Of a stretch of DNA of 52,279 nt, positions 16,214 to 26,242 are shown one piece after another; the first letter of the stretch is position 1; each line of letters opens with the position of its first letter. Source of the stretch: Actinomycetota bacterium. GTDB lineage: Bacteria > Actinomycetota > Acidimicrobiia > Acidimicrobiales > WLNW01. The stretch spans positions 1 through 52,279 of the forward strand of contig WLNW01000002.1 of the NCBI GenBank assembly GCA_009699605.1. Direction: 5' to 3'. Position numbers and translations under genes: made by a program. The notes beneath the pieces were generated by a model, which was not told the origin of the DNA, did no database searches, and saw only the letters and a program-made list of their open reading frames with translations.

Positions 16214-16478
16214 TGAAGCAACGATTGTGCTGGCACTCGACGAGGTGCGTTCCCTGGTTCAGGCCGACGGCGGTGACATGGAGCTGGTGGGGCTCGATGC
16301 CGACACCGTGCGCCTGCGGCTGGTGCTCGAGGGCGCCTCGTGCGAGGAGTGCGTGATGCCTCGCGACTTCCTCGAGCAGATCGCCCTCGACGTGCTCAAG
16401 CGCAACGTTCCCGGTGTCGCCGCGGTGTCAATCGACGACCCGCGCGAACACCCGGGCTACGTACCGTCCGAGCACTGA
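16206..16478 (+). CDS. NifU C-terminal-domain-like small protein
   Basis: LDEVRSLVQADGGDMELVGLDADTVRLRLVLEGASCEECVMP matches the NifU-like pattern (dGGd.elv......v.v.l.GaC..C). Confidence 0.7.
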   Translation: MLDEATIVLALDEVRSLVQADGGDMELVGLDADTVRLRLVLEGASCEECVMPRDFLEQIALDVLKRNVPGVAAVSIDDPREHPGYVPSEH

Positions 16479-16482
16479 GCTC

Positions 16483-17244
16483 ATGCTCGAGCTCGCGGGG
16501 AAGCTCGCATTGGTCACGGGGGGAGCGAGCGGCATCGGTGCCGGCGTCATCGTGGCGTTGCAGGCCCAAGGCCTGCGCGTTGCGTCGCTCGACCTGCAGC
16601 CGGGCGGTCCGGCAGATGTGCGCGTTGCGTGCGACGTTGCCGACGAGCAGTCGGTTGTCGCGGCAACGGCCGACGCAGTGGGTCAGCTCGGTGGGCTGCA
16701 CTACGCGTTCTGCAATGCGGGCGTCGCCGGGATGGGCAGCATCTTGACGATGCCCATGGCCGAGTACGACCGGGTGATGAACATCAACTTGCGGGGCGTG
16801 GTGCTCACGTTGCGCGAGGCGGCCAAGGCCATTCGCGACAGCGGCCAGGGCGGCGCGATCGTGTGCACGGCGTCGAGCGCGGGGATCATGGCCGACATCG
16901 GCATGGTGCACTACTCGCTGGCCAAGATGGGGGTGCGCCAACTGGTCCGCGTCGCGGCACGCGAGCTGGCTGTGCACGGCATCCGCGTGAACGCCGTCGC
17001 CCCCGGGCCCACGGTGACACCGATGCTCGACGGTGCGGCCGAGATGACCGGCTACTTCGAGCATCTGGCCGCGATCACGCCGCTCGGGCGGCTCGGCACC
17101 GTCGAGGACATCGTCGACGCCGTGCTCGCCCTCTTCGCGCTGAAATGGGTCACCGGTCAGACGCTGGCGGCCGATGGCGGGGTCACGGTGTGCTCCAGCA
17201 CCGACGTGCCGGGCATCGATGCCGAGGCGTTGGCGTCATGGTGA
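16483..17244 (+). CDS. SDR-family oxidoreductase
   Basis: LALVTGGASGIG, NAGV and YSLAKMGV motifs. Confidence 0.85.
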   Translation: MLELAGKLALVTGGASGIGAGVIVALQAQGLRVASLDLQPGGPADVRVACDVADEQSVVAATADAVGQLGGLHYAFCNAGVAGMGSILTMPMAEYDRVMNINLRGVVLTLREAAKAIRDSGQGGAIVCTASSAGIMADIGMVHYSLAKMGVRQLVRVAARELAVHGIRVNAVAPGPTVTPMLDGAAEMTGYFEHLAAITPLGRLGTVEDIVDAVLALFALKWVTGQTLAADGGVTVCSSTDVPGIDAEALASW

Positions 17245-17259
17245 GCGCACGACGCGTCG

Positions 17260-18693
17260 GTGCGGGCAACGTCAGCGCGTGACGCGACCTCGTGGGCTAC
17301 TTCAACTGACGACGCGTACGACTCGGTGATCTCGTTCCTGCGGGCTGACCGCGAAGAGCGCGAGGCACACCCGCGCTATCGGGCATCGGTGGTCGCCGTC
17401 GCAGTCATGGGCGCCGCCGCAAGTAGCTTCACCGGAGCGCTGCTGTTCGGCGCGCTGCCCGCGATCGCCGCCGACCTGCACACGTCGACGAGCGTGATCT
17501 CGTGGCTTGGCATCGCTCCATCGATTGCGTTCGCAGTGAGCATGCCGTTGTTCGGCAAGCTCGGTGACCTCTACGGACACCGCAAGGTCTTCATCCTCGG
17601 GTGGGCGGTGGCCGCAGTGCTGAGCCTCGCCGCCGCGGCATCGCCCAACGTCGGCTGGTTGATCGCGTTGCGCACCGCCGGACAGCTCGCGGGCACATCG
17701 ACCAGCCCGGCGGCCTACGGCGTGCTGGCCCGAATCTTCGCACCCGATGAACGAGCCGGACCGTACGCCCGCGTCACCGTGGCCCTCGCAATCTCGCCCA
17801 TCGTGGGGGTCGCGATCGGCGGGCCTTTGGTGTCGAGCGTTGGATGGCGCGTCCTGTTCGTGGGACAAGGGATCGTCTCCGCGGTCGCGGTGGTCGTCGC
17901 AGTGGTGCTGCTGCCGCAAACACCCTGTCGTCCCGGCGTGCGGTTCGACGTCGCCGGCGTGCTCACCCTCGCGGTGGGTCTCACGTCGCTCCTCCTGGCG
18001 GTGAACCGCCTGCGCTCGTGGGGAATCGGCCACTTGGGGCTGCAGGTCCTCGTCGCGGTCGGTGTCGTCTCGCTGATCGCCTTCTTCGTGGTCGAGCAGC
18101 GGGTTGCCGAGCCCTTGCTGGCGCCCTCGATGTTGCGCAATCGAATCGTGGCGGCCGCGATGGGCACCAGTCTGTTCGTCAACGCCGGCTTCAATGGCCT
18201 CGACGTGCTCACGCCCTTCGCGGCGCGCGCGTTGTTCGATTACGACACCACCACCATCTCGTGGATCAACGGCGTGCGTGCGTTTGGGTTCGCATCCGGC
18301 GCCGCTGGTGCCCGTCGTTTCCTGGCGCAGCGCCCGAGTCGCCAGGTGATCATGATGGGCCACAGCGCGGTGGCGGCTTCCTTCGTGATCGTGGCGTTCG
18401 GTGCGCACGAGTCGAGCGTGCCGTGGTTCGTGGGTGGGCTCGTGATCGGCGCGTTCGGCACCGGCTTCGGCCGGCCGTCGCTCGCCACGTCGATCACGAA
18501 CGCGGTCGGCGCACACGACGCGGGGGTCGCCAACGGGGCCAACAACATGGCGCACCAGGTTGGGGCCAGCATCGGCCAGACGACCTTGATCGCGATCGCC
18601 GCCGGCGGCGCATCCGGCGATGTGGCCTGGGCATGCCTGGTGGCCGCGGCGTTTGCCGCCGCGAGCCTGGCCACGGCGTCCCGCCTTCGCTGA
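17260..18693 (+). CDS. MFS transporter (drug:H+ antiporter-like)
   Basis: Many TM segments and the MFS loop motif GKLGDLYGHRKVF. The start is uncertain: GTG 17260 or GTG 17326. Confidence 0.8.
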   Translation: MRATSARDATSWATSTDDAYDSVISFLRADREEREAHPRYRASVVAVAVMGAAASSFTGALLFGALPAIAADLHTSTSVISWLGIAPSIAFAVSMPLFGKLGDLYGHRKVFILGWAVAAVLSLAAAASPNVGWLIALRTAGQLAGTSTSPAAYGVLARIFAPDERAGPYARVTVALAISPIVGVAIGGPLVSSVGWRVLFVGQGIVSAVAVVVAVVLLPQTPCRPGVRFDVAGVLTLAVGLTSLLLAVNRLRSWGIGHLGLQVLVAVGVVSLIAFFVVEQRVAEPLLAPSMLRNRIVAAAMGTSLFVNAGFNGLDVLTPFAARALFDYDTTTISWINGVRAFGFASGAAGARRFLAQRPSRQVIMMGHSAVAASFVIVAFGAHESSVPWFVGGLVIGAFGTGFGRPSLATSITNAVGAHDAGVANGANNMAHQVGASIGQTTLIAIAAGGASGDVAWACLVAAAFAAASLATASRLR

Positions 18694-18749
18694 AGTCATC
18701 GTGGAATGGCGTCCGCACTACGATCGACTCGTTCGTGGGGACTCGGGGG

Positions 18750-19811
18750 ATGATCATGGCGCAGACATGTCAGGCGGCGGTGTTCTTGGGCAACGACACC
18801 TACGAGGTGCGCGAGTTCGCGGTGCCCGATCCGCCGCCCGGTGGTGCCGTCATCAAGGTCGAGGCGGTCGGCTTGTGCGGCAGCGACGTCGCGCAGTTCC
18901 ACGGGGTCGAGCTGGTCCCGGGAGCGTCGATGTTCCCCGTGATCCCGGGGCACGAGACGGTCGGGCGCGTGGTCAAGCTCGCGGCCGACGCAACGCTCGG
19001 GGTGAGCGAAGGGGACCGCGTGGCGGTTGACGAGATCCTGTCGATCGCGCCCACGTTCCGCGTGTACGGATACACCGACATGACGGGCGACGGCACCCTC
19101 GGCCTGTGGGGCGGCTACGGCGAGTACATGGAGATCTTCGCGGGTACGAAGCTGCACCGGCTCACCGACAACCTGCCGGCCGAGCAACTCACGTTGTTCG
19201 AACCGTTGGCGAACGCCGTGAACTGGACTGACATAGCAGGGGTGAAGGAGGGCGACTCGGTCGTCATTCAGGGCCCGGGTCATCAGGGCCTCGCGGTGCT
19301 CGAAGCCGTGCTTGCGCGCAAGCCCGGACAGGTCTTCGTAACCGGTACGTCCGACGATGGGATGCGCCTCGCCACCGCGACACAACTCGGTGCCACCCAC
19401 ACGATCATGGTCGACAAGGTCGATCCGGTGGCATTTGTGGCCGACCACACCGGTGGCACGATGGCCGACGTCGTGATGGACATCGCGTCGGTGGTGCACA
19501 CCGTGCCGCTGTGCATCGACCTTGTCCGGTGGAACGGCCGCGTGCTGCTCGCTGGGCTCAAGCACTTCAAGCCGATTCCGAACTTCGTGACCGACATGAT
19601 CGTGATGAAGGCGCTTACGGTGTGCGGTGGCAGTGGGTTCACGTTTGCGTCGATGCAACGAGCGGTCGAGATGCTCGAGAGCGGCGAGGCGCGTAGCGAC
19701 CTCGTGGTCGGCGAAGTGTTCGGGCTCGACCAGATCGACGACGCCATGGCGCTGCTGTCGCGAGCCCTGCCCGGACGCGACGCGGTGCGCGTGGGTCTGC
19801 GGCACGCCTGA
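18750..19811 (+). CDS. Zinc-dependent alcohol dehydrogenase family (MDR) oxidoreductase
   Basis: GLCGSDVAQFHG and PGHETVGRV motifs. ATG at 18750 (or 18756). Confidence 0.85.
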   Translation: MIMAQTCQAAVFLGNDTYEVREFAVPDPPPGGAVIKVEAVGLCGSDVAQFHGVELVPGASMFPVIPGHETVGRVVKLAADATLGVSEGDRVAVDEILSIAPTFRVYGYTDMTGDGTLGLWGGYGEYMEIFAGTKLHRLTDNLPAEQLTLFEPLANAVNWTDIAGVKEGDSVVIQGPGHQGLAVLEAVLARKPGQVFVTGTSDDGMRLATATQLGATHTIMVDKVDPVAFVADHTGGTMADVVMDIASVVHTVPLCIDLVRWNGRVLLAGLKHFKPIPNFVTDMIVMKALTVCGGSGFTFASMQRAVEMLESGEARSDLVVGEVFGLDQIDDAMALLSRALPGRDAVRVGLRHA

Positions 19812-19815
19812 GCGC

Positions 19816-20718
19816 TCACACCGGACGGCGCGTGCTCGCGACCACCACCAGTGCCACTGAGCTGCACACCACGCCGATGCCGAGGATCTGCAGCGATTGC
19901 AGCGACTCGCCGAGGAAGATCGCCGCGGCGCCTGTGCCGAGCACCGGTTCCCCGATCGCGATGACGGAAGCGAGCGATACGTCGATCGTGCGGTATGACC
20001 AGATCATCAGGGCGTGGCCCAGCAGGCCGGGCACGAGCGCGAGGGCGGCGATGCGGACCCAGTCGGCACCGTGGATGTCGACGAGCGATTCGCCGCTGAT
20101 CAACGCGCACGAGAAGGTGATCACGAGCGCGCCGATGTTCGCCGCGGCGAGCCATGTGAGGGTGGGAACGCTGCGCGTGCGGGCCCGCTTCGAGGCGAAC
20201 GTGAACGCGACCCACGCAACGACGTTGCCGATAGAGACAAGCACGCCCAGCGTGGGGTTGGAGCCGTAGTCGTTGCCGTTGCCGACGACGAGTGCAACAC
20301 CGCCCAGGGACGCCAGGGCCAGCAGCCACACGATGGGCAGTGGGCGTTCGCCGAACTGCCACGCGGCGAGCGGCATGATCAGCATCGGCGCGAGCGCGTA
20401 GATCAACACCACGACGGCGACGCTCGTGAGCTGCAACGAGGTGAAGAACACGATGACGTGCACGGCGAACAGCACCGTGGCCGGCGCGCTGGCGCGAATG
20501 TCCGCCGGAGCGAAGCGGTGGCCTCGCACGCGTGCGAACACGAGCAACGCCGCCACGGCAATGAGTTGGCGCCAGGCGAGCATCACGAAGGTGGGCGCGT
20601 CGATCGATTTGCCCAACACCGCGGCACTCGCCCAGAAGAGTGTGGCCGCCACTGCAGCACCCACGCCTGCGGCGCGGGTGCTGGCCGATGCTCCGGTGTC
20701 GTGCGCGAGGACGGACAT
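19816..20718 (-). CDS. EamA/DMT-family transporter
   Basis: A 300-aa protein of about 10 TM segments with duplicated EamA-like halves. Confidence 0.8.
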   Translation of the reverse strand: MSVLAHDTGASASTRAAGVGAAVAATLFWASAAVLGKSIDAPTFVMLAWRQLIAVAALLVFARVRGHRFAPADIRASAPATVLFAVHVIVFFTSLQLTSVAVVVLIYALAPMLIMPLAAWQFGERPLPIVWLLALASLGGVALVVGNGNDYGSNPTLGVLVSIGNVVAWVAFTFASKRARTRSVPTLTWLAAANIGALVITFSCALISGESLVDIHGADWVRIAALALVPGLLGHALMIWSYRTIDVSLASVIAIGEPVLGTGAAAIFLGESLQSLQILGIGVVCSSVALVVVASTRRPV

Positions 20719-20733
20719 CGAGATGCTCGATGC

Positions 20734-22725
20734 TCAGGACGGGCGGGTGAGCAGCGAGCGCAACACCGTGGGGTCGGTCGTAGGGGCGAGACAGGAGTAT
20801 TCCCGGCATACGTAGGCCGCGGCCGCGCTGCGTCCCTCCCACAAGGGCGAGTCGTAGGGTTCGCCCCACGCGAGTACCGCGTTCGGAAGGTACATGGACG
20901 ACGCGACCGCCACGAGGTCCGGATGTTCGCCGCTTACGACGATCTCGGTGACGCCCGACACGAGCAGATCGATCGCGGCGAGAGCGTTGCCGAACGCGGT
21001 TGGTTGGTTGGCGGCGACGGTGCCCACGAGGCGCAAGATGTCGGCGGCGCGTGCGCGATGGTGCTCGAGGCCGGTGAGCGCGGCCAACCGGAGCAAGGCC
21101 ACCGCAGCGAGGCTGTTCGCCGACGGCGTGGCGTTGTCGAGGATGTCCTTCGGTCGCGTGAAGAGACGCTCGGCATCGGTGCCGGTGCTGAAGAGACCGC
21201 CGTTCTCATCGTCCCAGAAGAGCTTGAGCATCGCATCGGCGGTTTGCATCGCCGTGTGTGTCCAGCGCGCTTCGCCGGTGGCCTCGGCGAGGCGGAGGAA
21301 CGAGTCGACCACTGCGGCGTGATCGGCGGCGTACGCGAGATGACGCGCTCCGGAATCGGCCTGCCATGACCGGAACCAGCGCCCATCGACGAGCAACTGG
21401 TCGCAAAGGAACGTGGCGTTCGCTCGTGCAGCGGCGAGCCAACGTTCGTTCCCGGTGGCCGCGGCGGCCTCGGCGAGCGTGGCGAGCATCAGCCCGTTCC
21501 ATTCGGTGAGCACCTTGTCGTCGAGACCGGGCTTCGGTCGTTCGAGACGATGGGCGTAGAGCGCCTCACGACAGGCCTCGATGTGTGGCGGTCGGACGAG
21601 ATCGCCCCGCAACGACCGCACGAGAATGTTGTGGCCTTCGAAGTTGCCGCCTTCGGTGATCCCGTACCACTCGATGGCGTCGTCGACATGTGCGGCGAGC
21701 CCGGCCTCGGTGAGCACGGAGCGCACTTCGTCGATGGACCAGACGGCGAACTTGCCTTCCTCGCCTTCGCTGTCGGCATCCTCCGCCGAGTAAAAGCCAC
21801 CCGAGGCGTGGGTCATGTCGCGGAGTACGTACTCGATGGTCTCGCTGCACACTTGGAGATAGCGCTGTTTGCCGGTGATTTGCCACGCGTGCAGGTAGAG
21901 GCGGGCCAGCAGCGCATTGTCGTACAGCATTTTCTCGAAGTGCGGAACGGTCCACTGTGCGTCGACCGAGTAGCGGGCGAACCCGCCGGCGAGGTGGTCG
22001 TAGATGCCCCCGCTCGCCATGGCGTCGAGCGAGCCGGTGACGATGCGTAGGAGGTCGTCGTCGCCCGTGTGGGCGAACAACCGGAGCAGCGCCTCGTGCG
22101 ACATCGTTTGGGGGAACTTCGGCGCCCCGCCGAACCCACCCCATGCTGCGTCGTGCTGCTTGCGCAGCGCGGCGCCCGCGTCGAATAGCACCTCGAGGCC
22201 CGGCAAGGAATCGGCGGCCACGATGCGCGTTTGTTGCGTGATGGCCTCGGTGATGCGGTCGGCCTGCTCGAGGATCTCGTCGCGCTGGTGCAGCCACACA
22301 TCGTGCACGTTCTCGAGCAGCTGCACGAACGACGGCATGCCGTGGCGCGGCGAGCTCGGGAAGTAGGTGCCGCCGAAGAAGGGACGACCGTCGGGTGCGA
22401 GGAAGACGCTCATCGGCCAACCGCCGCGTCCGGTGAACGCCTGCACCGCGTCCATGTAGATGCCGTCGACGTCGGGCCGCTCTTCGCGGTCGACCTTCAC
22501 GTTGACGAACAGGCGATTCATGATCGTCGCGGTCGGGCCGTCCTCGAAGGACTCATGGGCCATCACATGACACCAGTGGCACGACGAGTAGCCGACCGAC
22601 AAGAAAATCGGCTTGTTCTCGGCGTGTGCCCGCTCGAAGGCCTCGGCTCCCCACGGGTACCAGTCGACGGGATTGTCTGCGTGCTGGCGCAGGTAGGGGC
22701 TCGACTCGTCGGCGAGGCGGTTCAC
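20734..22725 (-). CDS. Thioredoxin-domain protein (DUF255 / YyaL, SPATA20-like) with a six-hairpin glycosidase-like C-terminal domain
   Basis: [22 protein letters not shown]...[21 protein letters not shown] is the family signature. GTG start. Confidence 0.9.
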   Translation of the reverse strand: MNRLADESSPYLRQHADNPVDWYPWGAEAFERAHAENKPIFLSVGYSSCHWCHVMAHESFEDGPTATIMNRLFVNVKVDREERPDVDGIYMDAVQAFTGRGGWPMSVFLAPDGRPFFGGTYFPSSPRHGMPSFVQLLENVHDVWLHQRDEILEQADRITEAITQQTRIVAADSLPGLEVLFDAGAALRKQHDAAWGGFGGAPKFPQTMSHEALLRLFAHTGDDDLLRIVTGSLDAMASGGIYDHLAGGFARYSVDAQWTVPHFEKMLYDNALLARLYLHAWQITGKQRYLQVCSETIEYVLRDMTHASGGFYSAEDADSEGEEGKFAVWSIDEVRSVLTEAGLAAHVDDAIEWYGITEGGNFEGHNILVRSLRGDLVRPPHIEACREALYAHRLERPKPGLDDKVLTEWNGLMLATLAEAAAATGNERWLAAARANATFLCDQLLVDGRWFRSWQADSGARHLAYAADHAAVVDSFLRLAEATGEARWTHTAMQTADAMLKLFWDDENGGLFSTGTDAERLFTRPKDILDNATPSANSLAAVALLRLAALTGLEHHRARAADILRLVGTVAANQPTAFGNALAAIDLLVSGVTEIVVSGEHPDLVAVASSMYLPNAVLAWGEPYDSPLWEGRSAAAAYVCREYSCLAPTTDPTVLRSLLTRPS

Positions 22726-22768
22726 GCCGTGAGCCTAGGGTGCCGTTGCTGGCGTGCCCCGACCCGCT

Positions 22769-23908
22769 TCAGTCGCGCGAGGTTGCGGTGGCGAGCACTT
22801 CGGGGCTCGGCCAGCGGACGTCGGCGGCCCAACCGAGCCGTTCGAATGCCCGGATGAGGGCGGCAGAGGCGTCGATCTGACCGGGCAGGGCGCCGTGGCG
22901 AGCCGAGGACGGATCGGCGTGGTGAAAGTTGTGGAAGCTCTCGCCGAGGGACACGAGGGCGAGGGAGGCGACGTTGGTGCTGCGGTCACCGCTGGGGAAT
23001 GGTCGGCGCCCGAACATGTGACACACCGAGTTGATGCTCCAGGTGACGTGATGTAGCAGCAGCATGCGCACCAGACCGGCCCACAGCATCGTGCGCAACG
23101 CATCGACGTACGAGTGGGTGAGCAAGAACCCGACCCCGAACGGCAACGCGAATGACGCCAGCGCGAAGATCGGGAACAGCTTGCTGATGGTGACCAGGTC
23201 GCGATCGCGCAAGAGGTCGCTCGCGTAGCGCTGCGGTGGGCTTCCGCCGTGTCGGAAGAGCCAGCGGACATGCGCGTGGAGAAACCCACCGACACGGTTT
23301 CCGGCACCTCGGTCGTGGACCCACGGCGAGTGCGGATCGCCAGGTTGGTCGCTGCGGACGTGATGGTGGCGGTGGGTCGCGACCCAGCCGATGACGGAAC
23401 CCTCGACGGCCAGCGACCCGGCGGAAGCGAGCACGATCTTCAGGACTCGGTTGGCTCGGAAGCTGCGGTGGGTGAACAGACGGTGATAGCCGACGCTGAT
23501 GCCATAGCCGGTGATCACGTAGAGCACCACGGCCACCAGCACGTCGCGGAAATGGATCACGTTGCCCCACAGGAACGGGATACCCACCCCGAGTGCGATG
23601 CCCGGGCCGATGATGATGAGCCCGGTCACCAGGCGGCCGATGGCGCTCGGCGGCGCGCTGACCTGCCGGGCGCGTACCTCCGCGTTTGCGACGTCGGTCG
23701 ACGGCGCGTCGGGCGAAGAAGCCGGGCTGACGAACGTGCTTGTAGGCAAGGTGCCTCGAGATCGAGAACTGGCCGAGGCAACTCGCGAGGGTGAGCGCTG
23801 CGTCGACGTGAACGCCGAGGTGACGCTGTGGGCAGCGTACGGGAGCACACCGAAAATCCGAGGCAAGGCGCCAGTGGAGGAGCGCGCCGCAAAGTGCGGC
23901 GATGTCAT
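22769..23908 (-). CDS. Acyl-CoA (delta-9 type) fatty acid desaturase
   Basis: Three histidine boxes: GYHRLFTHRSF, THRHHHVRSDQPGDPHSP and HNFHHADP. The start is uncertain. ATG 23908 is the first Met upstream of the TM core, but third-position G+C drops between about 23700 and 23908, so a TTG start near 23748 is possible. Confidence 0.75.
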   Translation of the reverse strand: MTSPHFAARSSTGALPRIFGVLPYAAHSVTSAFTSTQRSPSRVASASSRSRGTLPTSTFVSPASSPDAPSTDVANAEVRARQVSAPPSAIGRLVTGLIIIGPGIALGVGIPFLWGNVIHFRDVLVAVVLYVITGYGISVGYHRLFTHRSFRANRVLKIVLASAGSLAVEGSVIGWVATHRHHHVRSDQPGDPHSPWVHDRGAGNRVGGFLHAHVRWLFRHGGSPPQRYASDLLRDRDLVTISKLFPIFALASFALPFGVGFLLTHSYVDALRTMLWAGLVRMLLLHHVTWSINSVCHMFGRRPFPSGDRSTNVASLALVSLGESFHNFHHADPSSARHGALPGQIDASAALIRAFERLGWAADVRWPSPEVLATATSRD

Positions 23909-24095
23909 GACGCCTCGACCAGCGCCGATACCGATTTGCTCGTCGAAGCAGACACCGACTCGCTCGGCGGTGCCTTCCTGTCGTCGATCAGTTCGCTCTT
24001 CGGCGACATGGTCGACCAAGGTTCGCAGAACACCGCGGTGCTGGTCGGTCTGCTCATGGTGGTGTACCTCGTGCGCTGAGCACGCGGCACAGCTG

Positions 24096-25211
24096 TCAAC
24101 AGGTGCGACGGAGCTTGCCGAGCGCGGTGCGTTCGAGCGAGGACACGAACTCGATCGCGCGGGGTAGCGCGTAGGGGGCGAGCAAATCGCGACCGAAGTC
24201 GCGCAGCTCGTCGAGCGCGAGCGTGTCGACACCCGTGACGAGTACGACGTGTGCGACCACGATCTGACCCCACGCTGGGTCGTCGCGCCGCACGACGAGC
24301 ACGTCGGACACCTTGGGATGCCCGATCAGCACGCGCTCGACGGCCTCGGGCCACACCTTCTCGCCGCCGGTGACGATGACCTGATCGCCGCGGCCGTGCA
24401 CGACCAGCTGTCCGGCGCTCGTCAAGACGCCGGCGTCGCCGGTCGCGAACCATCCGTCGGCCGACTTGGGGTCGGTGTCGGACCCGGCCGAACGGTATGC
24501 CCGCAGCAACATCGGGCATCGGACGTACACCTGGCCGTCGCGGATCTCGACCTCGACACCATCGAGCGCGCGTTGGTCGTACCAGATGCCACTACCGGTC
24601 TCGGTCATGCCGTAGGTCAACGTGCAGTTGACCGGCACGCGCTCGGGCGGTGCGGAACCGCCGAGCAGGATGCGTTCGAAGATCGACGGGTCGATGCGGG
24701 CGAGTGCAGCCGGCACGAGCGATGTGTGAGTCGCACCGGCCTGCGCCGCGGCCTGTACCTCGGCCGCGTCGAAGCCCGGGTGTACGTCGAGCGGCGTGCC
24801 GGTGTGTAGGGCACGCGTGATCACCGACAAGCCGCCCACGTGAGCCACGGGGAGGCAGCACAACCAGCGGTGGCGATCGGGTTCGATCCCGAGTCGGGCG
24901 CTGGCGGCGAGCGCCGACGCGCGTACCGCGTCGTGGGTGAGAACCGCACCCTTGGGCGCTCCGGTCGTGCCGCTCGTCGCGACCACGAGCGCGTCACCGG
25001 TCTCGACCGGTCGCGCCCCCGAACGAGCTCTTCGGGTACCTGACTCGTCGACAATGACCGACGGACCGATCGAATCGATCAGCCGTGTCTGTAGCGCCTG
25101 GGGAAGGCGCACATCGATCGGGAGCACGGCGTCGCCGTCGCCCCACGTGCGTTGCAGTTCGGCGACGAATGCAGGACCTGCGGGCATCACGAGGGCGATC
25201 AACTCTCGCAT
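24096..25211 (-). CDS. menE: o-Succinylbenzoate-CoA ligase (short actinobacterial AMP-ligase form)
   Basis: The AMP-binding motif TSGTTGAPKG and a 371-aa length. It is divergent from menA within a men cluster. Confidence 0.8.
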   Translation of the reverse strand: MRELIALVMPAGPAFVAELQRTWGDGDAVLPIDVRLPQALQTRLIDSIGPSVIVDESGTRRARSGARPVETGDALVVATSGTTGAPKGAVLTHDAVRASALAASARLGIEPDRHRWLCCLPVAHVGGLSVITRALHTGTPLDVHPGFDAAEVQAAAQAGATHTSLVPAALARIDPSIFERILLGGSAPPERVPVNCTLTYGMTETGSGIWYDQRALDGVEVEIRDGQVYVRCPMLLRAYRSAGSDTDPKSADGWFATGDAGVLTSAGQLVVHGRGDQVIVTGGEKVWPEAVERVLIGHPKVSDVLVVRRDDPAWGQIVVAHVVLVTGVDTLALDELRDFGRDLLAPYALPRAIEFVSSLERTALGKLRRTC

Positions 25212-25297
25212 GCCCCGATGCTACGACCGTCTTGCCTGGGCACGTGTGCCTGTGCCGTGCAAGCCTGTGCGCCGACCGGACCGAGGCGGGGGCGTGC

Positions 25298-26182
25298 GTG
25301 GCCAACAAGTGGATCGCAGGTGCTCGACCGCGCACGTTGCCGGCGGCCGTGGTGCCGGTGGTCGTCGGTACTGCAGCGGCAGTGCACGACGCTGGCGAGT
25401 GGAACCACGGGGTCATCGTGTGGCGAGCGATCGCCGCACTCGTCGTGTCGTTGGCCATCCAGATCGCGACGAACTATGCCAACGACTACAGCGACGGGGT
25501 CAAGGGAACCGACTCGGCCGGGCGGGTCGGTCCGATCAGGCTGGTGGCGTCGGGGCTTGCGTCACCCCGCGCGGTGAAACGGGCTGCCTTCCTCTCGTTT
25601 GGCGTGGCCGGGGTGGCTGGTCTGGCGCTGGCGGCCACGGCGGGATGGTGGCTTCTCGCCATCGGTGCAGCTTCCTTCCTCGCCGGTTGGTTCTACACCG
25701 GCGGTTCGCGGCCGTATGGGTATGCCGGGTTCGGCGAGCTCTTCGTGTTCGTGTTCTTCGGGCTCGTCGCTACGGCAGGTTCCACCTACGTGCAGCTCGA
25801 GAAGTTCACCGGGCTGTCCTTCGCGGTAGCGGTGCCCGTGGGGCTCTTCGCCACCGCGCTGCTGGTGGTCAACAACCTGCGCGACATCCCGACCGACGCC
25901 GTCACCGGCAAGCTCACCCTCGCGGTGCGCATCGGCGACAAGCGCACGCGCATCCTCTACCTCGTCCTGATGACGTTGCCGTTCGTGCTCGTGCCGTTCA
26001 TCGCCGGCCTGTCGCGCGTCGGCGCGGCGTTGGCGTTCGTTGCGCTGCCGTCGGCGCGCAAGCCGGTACAGATCGTGCTCGAGGGGGCCAAAGGGCCGGC
26101 GCTCATCCCCGTGCTCGGGCGCACCGGGCGCATTCAGCTCATCTACGGAGTGTTCCTCGCGATCGGGCTGGCCATCAGCTGA
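25298..26182 (+). CDS. menA: 1,4-dihydroxy-2-naphthoate polyprenyltransferase
   Basis: UbiA-family motif [15 protein letters not shown]-terminus [14 protein letters not shown] and many TM segments. GTG start at 25298. Confidence 0.85.
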   Translation: MANKWIAGARPRTLPAAVVPVVVGTAAAVHDAGEWNHGVIVWRAIAALVVSLAIQIATNYANDYSDGVKGTDSAGRVGPIRLVASGLASPRAVKRAAFLSFGVAGVAGLALAATAGWWLLAIGAASFLAGWFYTGGSRPYGYAGFGELFVFVFFGLVATAGSTYVQLEKFTGLSFAVAVPVGLFATALLVVNNLRDIPTDAVTGKLTLAVRIGDKRTRILYLVLMTLPFVLVPFIAGLSRVGAALAFVALPSARKPVQIVLEGAKGPALIPVLGRTGRIQLIYGVFLAIGLAIS

Positions 26183-26242
26183 TCGGACACCGACGGGGTC
26201 CGGTATCGGCCCGGCGCTTCGATCGCCGTACCATCGCCGGTT

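Noticed and set aside
22769-24232. Full 487-aa version of the desaturase ORF
   Set aside because: The first ~45 codons overlap the 3' end of menE, and the first ~108 are non-protein-like. I kept a shorter gene and flagged its start as uncertain.
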